A DNA stretch of 64,000 nucleotides from assembly GCA_050952645.1 (NCBI GenBank), contig JBMNLI010000017.1, positions 128,001 to 192,000 on the forward strand, written 5' to 3'. The notes under the pieces are model-generated. The model made no database searches and was not told where the DNA came from. It saw only the letters and a list, made by a program, of their open reading frames with translations. Positions 9,783-18,690 of the stretch are shown here, in pieces. Numbering within the stretch: position 1 is the first letter of the stretch; the number at the start of each line of letters is the position of its first letter. This stretch comes from Bdellovibrionota bacterium. Lineage in GTDB: Bacteria; Bdellovibrionota_C; UBA2361; CAKMMH01. The position numbers were made by a program, and so were the translations under genes.

Positions 9783-10544
9783 ATGAAAGATGAAACTATA
9801 GGTATTTTAGGAGCGATAAAAGATGAGATCTCTTGGATATTTCCTTTACTAAAAGAGCAAAGACAAGAAAAAATAGGAAATAGAAAATACTACATAGGAA
9901 AGCTTAATAATAAAAATATTGTCGCTTCCTACTCGGGGTACGGAAAAGTAGCATCATCGCTTACAGCTACCACTTTAATTACAAAGCATAACGTAGACTT
10001 AATAATTTTCGTAGGAGTTGCAGGGGCGCTAAAAAAACTAGTATCCATAGGGGATATCGTAATAGGTAAAAATTTCTATCAGCACGACGTATCCGCTAGC
10101 CCTACATTTAAAAAATTTATGCTACCTTTTCAAAAAACTCCTTTTATAAAAGGAAATGATAAGTTAATTAAAAAAGCTAAAGCAGGAGTAGAAAAATTTT
10201 TAACTAATCCAAATTTTAAAAATTTATTTAGCCAAAATGTCTTAAATGATTTTAATATTAAACACCCAAAATTATTTATAGAAGATATCACATCTAGCGA
10301 TAAAGCCGTGTTAAAAAAAGATGAAAAACTTTCCTTAGCTAAAGACCTGCCAAGCGCATTTGCAGTCGACATGGAGGGAGGTGCCATCTCGCAAGTATGC
10401 GAAGATTTTAGCACTCCCTTTGTAATTATTAGAGTCATTTTTGATGATATAAATAGTAGTGATAATTTAAACTTAAAAATATTTTTAACCGATTTAACTA
10501 GCGTATATTTTAAAGAGATTATAACTTATCTTTTAGAGCCATAA
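9783..10544 (+). CDS. mtnN: 5'-methylthioadenosine/S-adenosylhomocysteine nucleosidase
   Basis: IGILGA, SGYGKV, GVAGAL, IGDIVIG, VDMEGGAI. Confidence 0.9.
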   Translation: MKDETIGILGAIKDEISWIFPLLKEQRQEKIGNRKYYIGKLNNKNIVASYSGYGKVASSLTATTLITKHNVDLIIFVGVAGALKKLVSIGDIVIGKNFYQHDVSASPTFKKFMLPFQKTPFIKGNDKLIKKAKAGVEKFLTNPNFKNLFSQNVLNDFNIKHPKLFIEDITSSDKAVLKKDEKLSLAKDLPSAFAVDMEGGAISQVCEDFSTPFVIIRVIFDDINSSDNLNLKIFLTDLTSVYFKEIITYLLEP

Positions 10545-11640
10545 TTCTATTGTACGAAACATCTATTTGTTTTTTTGATATCGTGCCTTTCTTTATGGCA
10601 TCTTTTACAGCTATTATCACTCCGTCTAATATAGGAGTGCCGTTATAATACTCATTACTAAAAAGCAACATATCGACGCCTGCATTTAGAGATAAGATTA
10701 CCGCATCTTCAAAAGAATAATTTTTCTTTATTGCAGCCATAGTTAAATCATCTGAAACGACAACGCCATTATATCCTAGCTCTTTTCTTAATACTCCATT
10801 TATAATTTTTTTTGAAAGTGTCGCTACGTATTCATCATCTAAATTTTTATTAAAAATATGTGCAGTCATTATCGTATCGATTAAATTATTTTTAATTAAA
10901 ATTTTATAAGGCATCAACTCTTCTTTAGACCAAGTGTCGGATACGTCTACAAAATCCTTATGAGGGTCTAAGTAAGCGCTTCCGTACCCTGGAAAATGTT
11001 TTATAGATGTTAGAATATTTTTATTTCTATGTTCTCTTATAAAAATCGAAGCTAAAATGGAAACTTTAGTAAAGTCTTTTGAAAACATTCTTTCATATTG
11101 GCCTAAAGCCTTAGAGTTTTCGTTTATGTTTAAATCTACTACGGGGGCTAAGTTAAAATTAATGTTTACTTTACTTAATTTATCTGCGATAGTCCTACTC
11201 CAAACTCGCATCTCTTTAAAGCTCTTTCTATCGGCTATTACTCTAGCTGAGCTAGTTTCTGCAAAACCATTATAAGCGTTAAGCCTTGAAACATAGCCTC
11301 CTTCTTCATCGATAGCGATTAGTGCTTTTTTATTTGCTTTTTTAATATCTTTACATAATTTAGCTACTTGCTTTTTGTTTTTGATATTTTTAATTTTACC
11401 ATCAGGTTTTTTTTCATACAATAGCACTCCACCTAAGTTTTTATTTTTAAGTGCATCGTAAATGCTCGTGTTTTTAGATAACTTCGTGCCATCAAAGCCT
11501 ACTATCACCATATTTGCTATTTTATAATCTAAGGATTTAGCATCAACGCATTTAAAGTAGCCACAAACTATGAAAGTTATAAATAACAAGCTTATTATAA
11601 TAGGAAACTTCTTATAAAACTTGAATTTTCTTTGAGACAT
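10519..11640 (-). CDS. Exported GH3 beta-N-acetylhexosaminidase (NagZ-like)
   Basis: IDEEGGYVSRL, NLAPVVD, KHFPGYG, IMTAH, SDDLTM; N-terminal signal or TM segment. Confidence 0.88.
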   Translation of the reverse strand: MSQRKFKFYKKFPIIISLLFITFIVCGYFKCVDAKSLDYKIANMVIVGFDGTKLSKNTSIYDALKNKNLGGVLLYEKKPDGKIKNIKNKKQVAKLCKDIKKANKKALIAIDEEGGYVSRLNAYNGFAETSSARVIADRKSFKEMRVWSRTIADKLSKVNINFNLAPVVDLNINENSKALGQYERMFSKDFTKVSILASIFIREHRNKNILTSIKHFPGYGSAYLDPHKDFVDVSDTWSKEELMPYKILIKNNLIDTIMTAHIFNKNLDDEYVATLSKKIINGVLRKELGYNGVVVSDDLTMAAIKKNYSFEDAVILSLNAGVDMLLFSNEYYNGTPILDGVIIAVKDAIKKGTISKKQIDVSYNRIMALKDKL

Positions 11641-12253
11641 TTATCGATATAACCTTATTTAAATTATTATTTTTATCTTGCATAAAATTTTTACTTGCAG
11701 CTTTATTTACTACTTTCTTTTCTATTTTATTTTCTAAGTTATTTTCTAAGTTATCTTTAAAATTATCTTCTAGGGCATTTTCAATATTTTTATCGATTTT
11801 AGCGCTATCTGCTTTACTTAGCTTTAACATTTTATCTAACTCTTTTAATACTGCATTAAGAGCTTGATTTTTTGATTTTAACGAAACTAGCTCAAAAGAT
11901 ATTTTAGTAGATTTTGCAAAATCATCATTCCGAGTGGCCTTTAATAATTCAGACTTTTTATCATTAAAATTATTTAGCTCAAAGACGTGCTCTGTTTTAA
12001 ATTTTTCATATAATTTAAATGATTTTGAAATTAAAGTTTTTTGGTCATAAAAATCATTTAGTAGCGTTTCTAGTTCTGCTACTAGCTCTAAATTTACATT
12101 TTTCCACTCTACTATTTGAAGTTTCGAGTAAGAGAGCGTATTTGAATGGAATGGATGCTCTTGGGCGTTTAACAGCTCACTATATAACTTTGAAGCTTGC
12201 CTACTTTTTTGTAGTAGCGATATTAGTCTAGTTTTAAAAGTCGATTTATCCAT
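11612..12253 (-). CDS. Hypothetical coiled-coil protein
   Basis: 213-aa ORF overlapping the GH3 gene start; helical, charged composition. Confidence 0.75.
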   Translation of the reverse strand: MDKSTFKTRLISLLQKSRQASKLYSELLNAQEHPFHSNTLSYSKLQIVEWKNVNLELVAELETLLNDFYDQKTLISKSFKLYEKFKTEHVFELNNFNDKKSELLKATRNDDFAKSTKISFELVSLKSKNQALNAVLKELDKMLKLSKADSAKIDKNIENALEDNFKDNLENNLENKIEKKVVNKAASKNFMQDKNNNLNKVISINVSKKIQVL

Positions 12254-12523
12254 TATTATTTGTATAAATTTTTATAAACTTGCATAAGCAATCTAAATAG
12301 TTTCTTTATTAAAGTCCCTTTATTATAAGTAATATAATTTTAAAAACAATAATCGACGCATAAAAAACTAAATACTTTTAAATATCTCTAATATTTTGTA
12401 AGATTATATCTTGTGAGTGCATTATGTATCTTAAACTATATAAACTTTTAAAAATTAACTTAAATATAAAAATAAACTTAAAAAATTTAACTTCAAAAAA
12501 ATTATTGGGAGCTTAAAAGCATT

Positions 12524-13996
12524 ATGCAAAAAGATGTAATTATTATCGGTTCTGGTCCAGGGGGCTACATAGCTGCAATAGAGTGTGCAAAAAGAAACAG
12601 AAAAGTTTCACTAATAGAGATGGGCGATATTGGAGGGGTATGCTTAAATTACGGTTGCATGCCTACTAAAGCTTTGCTTCATAGTGCTAAAGAGGTTTTA
12701 AGCGTAAGAAATGCAAAAGAGCGTTCTATAATTTCTTTAGATGATTTTACGATTAACTACCCAAAGATTATTCAAAACTCTAGAGAAAAAGTTTTAAAAT
12801 TGCAAAATGGCGTAAGATTTTTAATGAAAAAATATAATGTAGAAATTATAAATGCTAAAGCAACATTTAAAAGCAAAAATGAGGTAGAATTAGAAATTAA
12901 CAATTTAGAAAATGGTAATTTAGATAAAAATAATTTAGATAAAATTAGCGGGAAAGGAACGATAACTTTTAACGATGCTATTATTGCTACGGGAAGCACA
13001 CCTAGAGTGCTTCCTAATATTCTAGTCAATGGGATAAACGTTCATAACTCAAAAACTTTTTTAGTAAATGAAAAAATGCCTAAAAATGTACTTATTATAG
13101 GGTCTGGCTCGATAGGTCTTGAGTTTGCTTCATTTTTAAATGCGTTAGGCGTTAATGTTATAATCGTTGAGGCTTTAGATAAGGTTATGCCTCAAGCGGA
13201 TGCTACAATTTCTAATACATTAAAGAGAAGTTTACAAAATAGAGGGATAACTATTCACACATCTTCGAGTATTTCTAGTTTTGAAAATAAGAATAATGAT
13301 ATAATAGATGTAGTTATAAAGAATAAAAAAGACGAAGAGATATCTTTTAAGGTAGACATGTGCTTAGTATCGATAGGAGTAGTCCCTAACACTAAAGATT
13401 TAGGATTAGAAAATGCTAATATTTTGCTAACTGAAAGGGGCTTTATAAAAGTAAATGATGATATGCAAACTAGCACGGCTAACATTTATGCCATAGGCGA
13501 TGTTATAGGGCTTCCTACGTTAGCGCACGTTGCAAGTAGAGAGGCTCTTATTGCGAGTGCTTCGTTATGTAGTAGTAGTAATAAATGTGATAGTGAATGT
13601 GATAATAAATGCAGTAATGAAAACAACACTGAAAGCAAGTTTAATAAAAATGTTATTCCTTATGGAACTTATAGTTTTCCTCAAGTTGCGAGCGTTGGAT
13701 TAACTGAGGAGCAAGCAAAGGCGCAGGATTTACCTTATAAGAGCGTTCGTATTCCGTTTTCAGCGAATGGCAAAGCGGTAGTTTCAGATGAAGACGAGGG
13801 TTTAATAAAACTTATATATGATACAGAAACTAAAAAAATATTAGGCTGTCATATTATTCAAGAAAACGCAGTCGAGTTAATTACGGAAATTACTTTAGCT
13901 ATAAACAATGATTTAACTTGCGATGATATAGCAAAGACTATCCACGCCCACCCTACTTTATCGGAGATAATAGCCGAGGTCTCAGCTCTCTTTTAA
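12524..13996 (+). CDS. lpdA: Dihydrolipoyl dehydrogenase
   Basis: GSGPGGY, GGVCLNYGCMPTK redox disulfide, C-terminal HAHPTLSE. Confidence 0.95.
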   Translation: MQKDVIIIGSGPGGYIAAIECAKRNRKVSLIEMGDIGGVCLNYGCMPTKALLHSAKEVLSVRNAKERSIISLDDFTINYPKIIQNSREKVLKLQNGVRFLMKKYNVEIINAKATFKSKNEVELEINNLENGNLDKNNLDKISGKGTITFNDAIIATGSTPRVLPNILVNGINVHNSKTFLVNEKMPKNVLIIGSGSIGLEFASFLNALGVNVIIVEALDKVMPQADATISNTLKRSLQNRGITIHTSSSISSFENKNNDIIDVVIKNKKDEEISFKVDMCLVSIGVVPNTKDLGLENANILLTERGFIKVNDDMQTSTANIYAIGDVIGLPTLAHVASREALIASASLCSSSNKCDSECDNKCSNENNTESKFNKNVIPYGTYSFPQVASVGLTEEQAKAQDLPYKSVRIPFSANGKAVVSDEDEGLIKLIYDTETKKILGCHIIQENAVELITEITLAINNDLTCDDIAKTIHAHPTLSEIIAEVSALF

Positions 13997-14076
13997 AGAA
14001 TAAGCTTACTCTCTTTTATTTCCTCATAGTTTATACTCTCGTTGTTTTATTAAACACTATTTAGAATACCAGTATC

Positions 14077-16689
14077 CTAGTGGGTCCATATTATGGTAAC
14101 CAACAATTTCACAATAAAGTTTTTTTCTTTATTATTGTTATCAATACACGATATAGGCTTTTTGAGTTTTTCAGAGCAAAATTCATAGGCCACCCAATAT
14201 TCACAGGATGGCTTTTCGAGCCTGCAACCATTTTCCGATACTATTATTTTATAGCTAGGTACTTCATGATAAGCAATTCCCATTATAGCGTGAGCCTCTA
14301 AAACAATCTCGCTTTGTCCACTTTCCCTAAGTAATTTTTGCATTTTTTCACAAAGAGTCTCATTCGTTTCTTGATCAGGCTTTTCCATATAATCCATAAC
14401 ATCTTCAATTCCTCCAAACCCGCTACAACCTCCATCTTTAACATTACATATAGAACAAGTTCCGCTAGAACAATCCATTACTAACTCAGGTAGTTTTTTT
14501 CCATTAAAATTACCAGAATGAGCTCGGAACTCTAAAGATAGAGTTTTGCATTGCGGATTTTTTTCTTTGTAATTTTTAACATATTCTTTTACATTATCTG
14601 ACACATAAGATATAACCAAATTAGAGTAAGCTCGTAGTCTTAATTTAAATTCCTTATACGTAAATTTTTCACAACCATCAAGACCAACTTTAGTAGGTGC
14701 TACAGCTTCAGACAAAATCTTACAATATTTTTTTTTATCTTTATTAAATTTTCTCTTAGATATTTTTTTTAATATTTGAAATTTTTTTAAGTCTACCAAT
14801 TCGGAATATCCGACATCCGTATTAAGATAACCCTCAGGATGAGAACAACTACTTTTCCATCTATTTACACATTCACCATTCTTATTATATTCACATCTTT
14901 GTATTATACTACCACCTTCATCGGTTTCAATAGAATTAATCATTCGCACTGCCGCAGCATGCACTAGCGATATTGTAGCAAAGCCTAATTGAGTACGACC
15001 ATCATGTAAATCCGTACAAGGAAGACGATCCCAATATTTAGAATCATAACACTTTCTTCTAACATATTCACGCATATATTCATATTGCTTTATATAATTT
15101 TCATTATTTTTACAGTGCTTATCTCTACACTGATAAACTTTAAAATCCTTAGGATTATTATCTTCATAAAAACATATATGACATTTATCAGCACAATCTT
15201 GAACATACTTAGGAGCTTTCTTCCCATCTAAATCTATTGCACTAGCTACTTTGCAATCTGTAATTTTAATATCATTAGAGTTGCTAGCCTTATAATTATT
15301 ACTGTCTTTATCTCCACCTTGTGGCATTACGTGTATTATATTTGAACACTTTCCGTTTACGCACTCTCTACCTTCACAATCTCTAAAGCTTTTACAAGGC
15401 GCCCCGAATGTACACATAGGAAGACTGCAAAATTTTTCTCCAAATTGTTTGTTTATTTCGTAAGACGTCATGCAAACCCCTCCACAACAATCTGCATCAC
15501 TTTCACAAGCGTGCTTTTTTACTTCACAAAAACAGTCTCTTTCTTTTTTAACACAACACGATACATTAGACTTTTCTTCGCTTGTAAGATTACCAAAAGC
15601 ACTCACATCACAACTATTTTCATTTCCTTCTTCTACTTGCTGTTTGCATGCATCATAACCAACAACAAGCTCATACCCTTCACCACAACACTCTTGTTTA
15701 TTATCTTTTTCGTCTGTAAATTTTATACATCTAGAAACTCCCATATGTGTTATGCAAATATCTTCTCCGCAACCTCCATTATTCACACAACATTCACTAG
15801 TAGCTTGGTAATCTCCAAAATCACTCTCTAGAAACATCGCTACATCTTCATCGCTAAGCGCATCTATTGCATCTTTTAAGTAATCTTTTTTAGTATTATC
15901 ACTATCATTCTTAACATTATTAGAAGCTTTACTATAAGACACTGCTTTACTTTTTATTGTAGCTTGGCTTTTATTGGCACTAGGAGTGCTTTTAGCATAA
16001 CTTTGCGAGTCTCTCATATAACTAGGAACTGTACCTATGCTTTTAACAGAGCTAACAGCACCAACACTTTTAGCATTTTTAACATAGTTAGAAGCTTTAC
16101 TATAAGACACTGCTTTACTTTTTATTGTAGCTTGGCTTTTATTGGCACTAGGAGTGCTTTTAGCATAACTTTGCGAGTCTCTCATATAACTAGGAACTGT
16201 ACCTATGCTTTTAACAGGGCTAACAGCACCAACACTTTTAGCATTTTTAACATAGTTAGAAGCTTTACTATAAGACACTGCTTTACTTTTTATTGTAGCT
16301 TGGCTTTTATTGGCACTAGGAGTGCTTTTAGCATAACTTTGCGAGTCTCTCATATAACTAGGAACTGTACCTATGCTTTTAACAGGGCTAACAGCACCAA
16401 CACTTTTAGCATTTTTAACATAGTTAGAAGCACTCTTCATATAGCTAGGATATAGATTATAGCTAGGTGCTGAATACGCACTTCCTCTACTTTGTGCTAA
16501 TGCATCACTATAAAAAATAAAACTAAAACTTAAAATTAGAAAAAAACTTAAGAAAGATTTCTTAAGGTTGGTTGGTTGGTTGGTTGATTGGTTGGTTGGT
16601 TGGTTGGCTGGTTGGTTGGTTGGTTGGCTGGTTGGTTGGTTGGTTGGTTGGTTGGTGCAAGAATAATGCCAACATTTATTTATTCTCAT
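14077..16689 (-). CDS. Large secreted Cys-rich protein with N-terminal QPTN repeats and three 56-aa tandem repeats
   Basis: 870-aa ORF; AAGGGA RBS; signal-peptide-like [23 protein letters not shown]; many Cys clusters such as [12 protein letters not shown] and [17 protein letters not shown]. Confidence 0.85.
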   Translation of the reverse strand: MRINKCWHYSCTNQPTNQPTSQPTNQPANQPTNQSTNQPTNLKKSFLSFFLILSFSFIFYSDALAQSRGSAYSAPSYNLYPSYMKSASNYVKNAKSVGAVSPVKSIGTVPSYMRDSQSYAKSTPSANKSQATIKSKAVSYSKASNYVKNAKSVGAVSPVKSIGTVPSYMRDSQSYAKSTPSANKSQATIKSKAVSYSKASNYVKNAKSVGAVSSVKSIGTVPSYMRDSQSYAKSTPSANKSQATIKSKAVSYSKASNNVKNDSDNTKKDYLKDAIDALSDEDVAMFLESDFGDYQATSECCVNNGGCGEDICITHMGVSRCIKFTDEKDNKQECCGEGYELVVGYDACKQQVEEGNENSCDVSAFGNLTSEEKSNVSCCVKKERDCFCEVKKHACESDADCCGGVCMTSYEINKQFGEKFCSLPMCTFGAPCKSFRDCEGRECVNGKCSNIIHVMPQGGDKDSNNYKASNSNDIKITDCKVASAIDLDGKKAPKYVQDCADKCHICFYEDNNPKDFKVYQCRDKHCKNNENYIKQYEYMREYVRRKCYDSKYWDRLPCTDLHDGRTQLGFATISLVHAAAVRMINSIETDEGGSIIQRCEYNKNGECVNRWKSSCSHPEGYLNTDVGYSELVDLKKFQILKKISKRKFNKDKKKYCKILSEAVAPTKVGLDGCEKFTYKEFKLRLRAYSNLVISYVSDNVKEYVKNYKEKNPQCKTLSLEFRAHSGNFNGKKLPELVMDCSSGTCSICNVKDGGCSGFGGIEDVMDYMEKPDQETNETLCEKMQKLLRESGQSEIVLEAHAIMGIAYHEVPSYKIIVSENGCRLEKPSCEYWVAYEFCSEKLKKPISCIDNNNKEKNFIVKLLVTIIWTH
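15920..16431 (-). repeat. 3 x 168-bp near-identical intragenic tandem repeat
   Basis: tagaagc anchor recurs at 15921, 16089, 16257 and 16425; encodes the 56-aa unit [16 protein letters not shown]...KAVSYSK. Confidence 0.95.
16566..16656 (-). repeat. Tetranucleotide SSR, (GGTT)22 on + strand / CCAA-type on coding strand
   Basis: 22 units: 19 perfect and 3 variants (gatt, ggct, ggct); encodes QPTN repeats. Confidence 0.97.
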
Positions 16690-17303
16690 ATTTTTCCCTT
16701 TTTTTTATAAAAAATATATTTATTTAAAATTATTCTAACTTTGTAGTTTATCGGGTAAAATGCTAATAAAACTTTAACCTAAAAAACTACTTACTAACTC
16801 TTAACCGTTTATACATTAAATGCAAAATAAATTTTTTAGTTTCATTTTTGATTAAATTTAAAAAACAAAACTAGCAACGTATTGATTTTATTATATTAAA
16901 AAAAATACATTTTTGCGTTTCTTTATATTAATATTTTTCTTTACTCTCTGCATTTAAACCTAAAAATTAAGCCTTTTAAAAAAGCCTTAAAAGAAAACAC
17001 GAAAACTAAAATTAAATAATACCTAGGGGGTTATTTACTTTAGGGTTATTTACTCGATAATTTAATTTAAACGTGAAGTGCCGTTTCTTTTTCCTTTTTA
17101 ATTTTCTTTTTTTGATTGAAACAAAAATATTGTAAATTGTAATATTTAATTTAGATGCTTCGTTTATTTCGATGTATCTTACTAAAAAAAGTTCATATAG
17201 TCTTCATATAGTCTTTATATAGTCTAATGGCTCTATTTATATTTTTTTATAAGCTCCTTTAAAAATTACTAAGTCCCTTTAATAGCCTTATTTCTAATAA
17301 TAT

Positions 17304-17332
17304 TTGACTAAAACTAATTTTATTTTTAAAAT
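17304..17332 (+). promoter_or_regulatory. Putative sigma70 promoter of the orphan at 17398
   Basis: TTGACT-17 bp-TAAAAT. Confidence 0.55.
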
Positions 17333-17397
17333 GTCCTGATATGTTTTAACGCTTCAGAAATTATACTTATACTTAAAGCATAGAAAGAGAGGCGAAA

Positions 17398-18504
17398 ATG
17401 TCTAAAGTAAATGATATTGTTAGACATAATTTAGAAGGTTGGCACAGTGCCAAGTTCTTAGAATGTTTTTTTTCATTGGATTTAGAAGGTGTAATAAAAG
17501 CATTAAATTCGATAGAAAGTGATGAATGGAAAAGGTTGATTAACAACACCGATATAATTCGGGTAATTCATCTCTACTACTTAATGCTTAGGGCAATTCA
17601 GCCTAACGGCGAACAAGATGAAATTAGTGCAAATAAAATCATTAGGTTTATTGAGGGAAACAAGTTAATAATTCTTCCACACGAAGATGAAGAAGCTTTT
17701 GGTGCAGATGAATACACGATAAAGCTTATAGCAGAAGATGCTGCAAAGGCTTTAAGAGAAGAGGACCAGCATGCCTTTGAAGTGCTAGATGCAATAGATA
17801 AAAAAGTTGCAGAGGCGATTTTAGACTTGCCTCAAACTTTCCAAATGCTCGAAGAAAGGCTTGACATTTGGGCCTCCTACAACAACACCATAGTTGGTAA
17901 TAAGGGGCAACCACCGAGTGAATACTATAATGCAGAAGAATTTCTTCGCTTTGCGTATGAAAATAAATTGATGTCAGATGAGGAAAATAACATCATATAT
18001 CGCATCAATGAAAAAGTGCAAAGCTACCTTGCTAAAACATTAAACGACTACTCTCCCTCTTTGCCAAATAAACTTTGGGCATATATGGCTAAGGAAGAGC
18101 AAGAAAGGTTTATAAGAGACCAAAAAAACCAAAACAAGGAAGAATCTTTTGCGTGCGAAGGTAATGATAAAAGTGCCGCTGATTTCTTCGTAAGGATACT
18201 ATTAAGTTGTTTTATAAATGGCGACTTTGCTACTGCTAAAGTGATCGTCAACTTAAGTTGTAGAAAAGAAATCATTGAAGCCCTTGAGAATTCTATTTGG
18301 TATTTCCCAATGGTTCGTGCTTCAATTAATATTTTAAATCCTGCTAGGAACGAGGGAAACAATCTTCTTGATCCTAACAGAGACGCTCCCTCTCGCCAAG
18401 CGAATAGTAAATGTATTAAGGCTCTTATGGATTGGGCAGAAAAGTTTAACCATTTCGTAGTAAAAGATGAAAATTTGTTTTCTTCTTCTTTTAGCGAAGA
18501 ATAA
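17398..18504 (+). CDS. Hypothetical acidic helical orphan protein
   Basis: 368-aa ORF with GAGAGG RBS, its own promoter and terminator; no recognisable motif. Confidence 0.8.
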   Translation: MSKVNDIVRHNLEGWHSAKFLECFFSLDLEGVIKALNSIESDEWKRLINNTDIIRVIHLYYLMLRAIQPNGEQDEISANKIIRFIEGNKLIILPHEDEEAFGADEYTIKLIAEDAAKALREEDQHAFEVLDAIDKKVAEAILDLPQTFQMLEERLDIWASYNNTIVGNKGQPPSEYYNAEEFLRFAYENKLMSDEENNIIYRINEKVQSYLAKTLNDYSPSLPNKLWAYMAKEEQERFIRDQKNQNKEESFACEGNDKSAADFFVRILLSCFINGDFATAKVIVNLSCRKEIIEALENSIWYFPMVRASINILNPARNEGNNLLDPNRDAPSRQANSKCIKALMDWAEKFNHFVVKDENLFSSSFSEE

Positions 18505-18588
18505 ACTTGCAAGGCTATCCCTCCTTACGAAGTCTTAGAGCGTTGCTTTAGAGCGTTTTTGAAACATCGCTTTTGAAACATAACATAG

Positions 18589-18627
18589 TAGCCCTTTTTC
18601 ATTTTACGTAAAAAGGGCTATTTTTTT
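18589..18627 (+). terminator. Rho-independent terminator, possibly also serving convergent bamA
   Basis: tagcccttttt...aaaaagggcta followed by T7. Confidence 0.8.
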
Positions 18628-18690
18628 ATTTATCTTATCTTTTACTATCAGTTGCTATCTATTTACTTATCAGTTTTTTATTATATCCTC

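Noticed and set aside
15920..16431. 168-bp repeats as a CRISPR array or DGR template/variable repeats
   Set aside because: They are contiguous in-frame coding repeats with no spacers or adenine-specific variation, and no reverse transcriptase is present.
17068..17082. Another MITE end (taaacgtgaagtgcc)
   Set aside because: The match is short and imperfect with no recognisable opposite end; it may be a remnant but cannot be supported.
18556..18582. TTGAAAC twice, resembling CRISPR repeat ends
   Set aside because: It is only a short local tandem duplication with no repeat-spacer periodicity.
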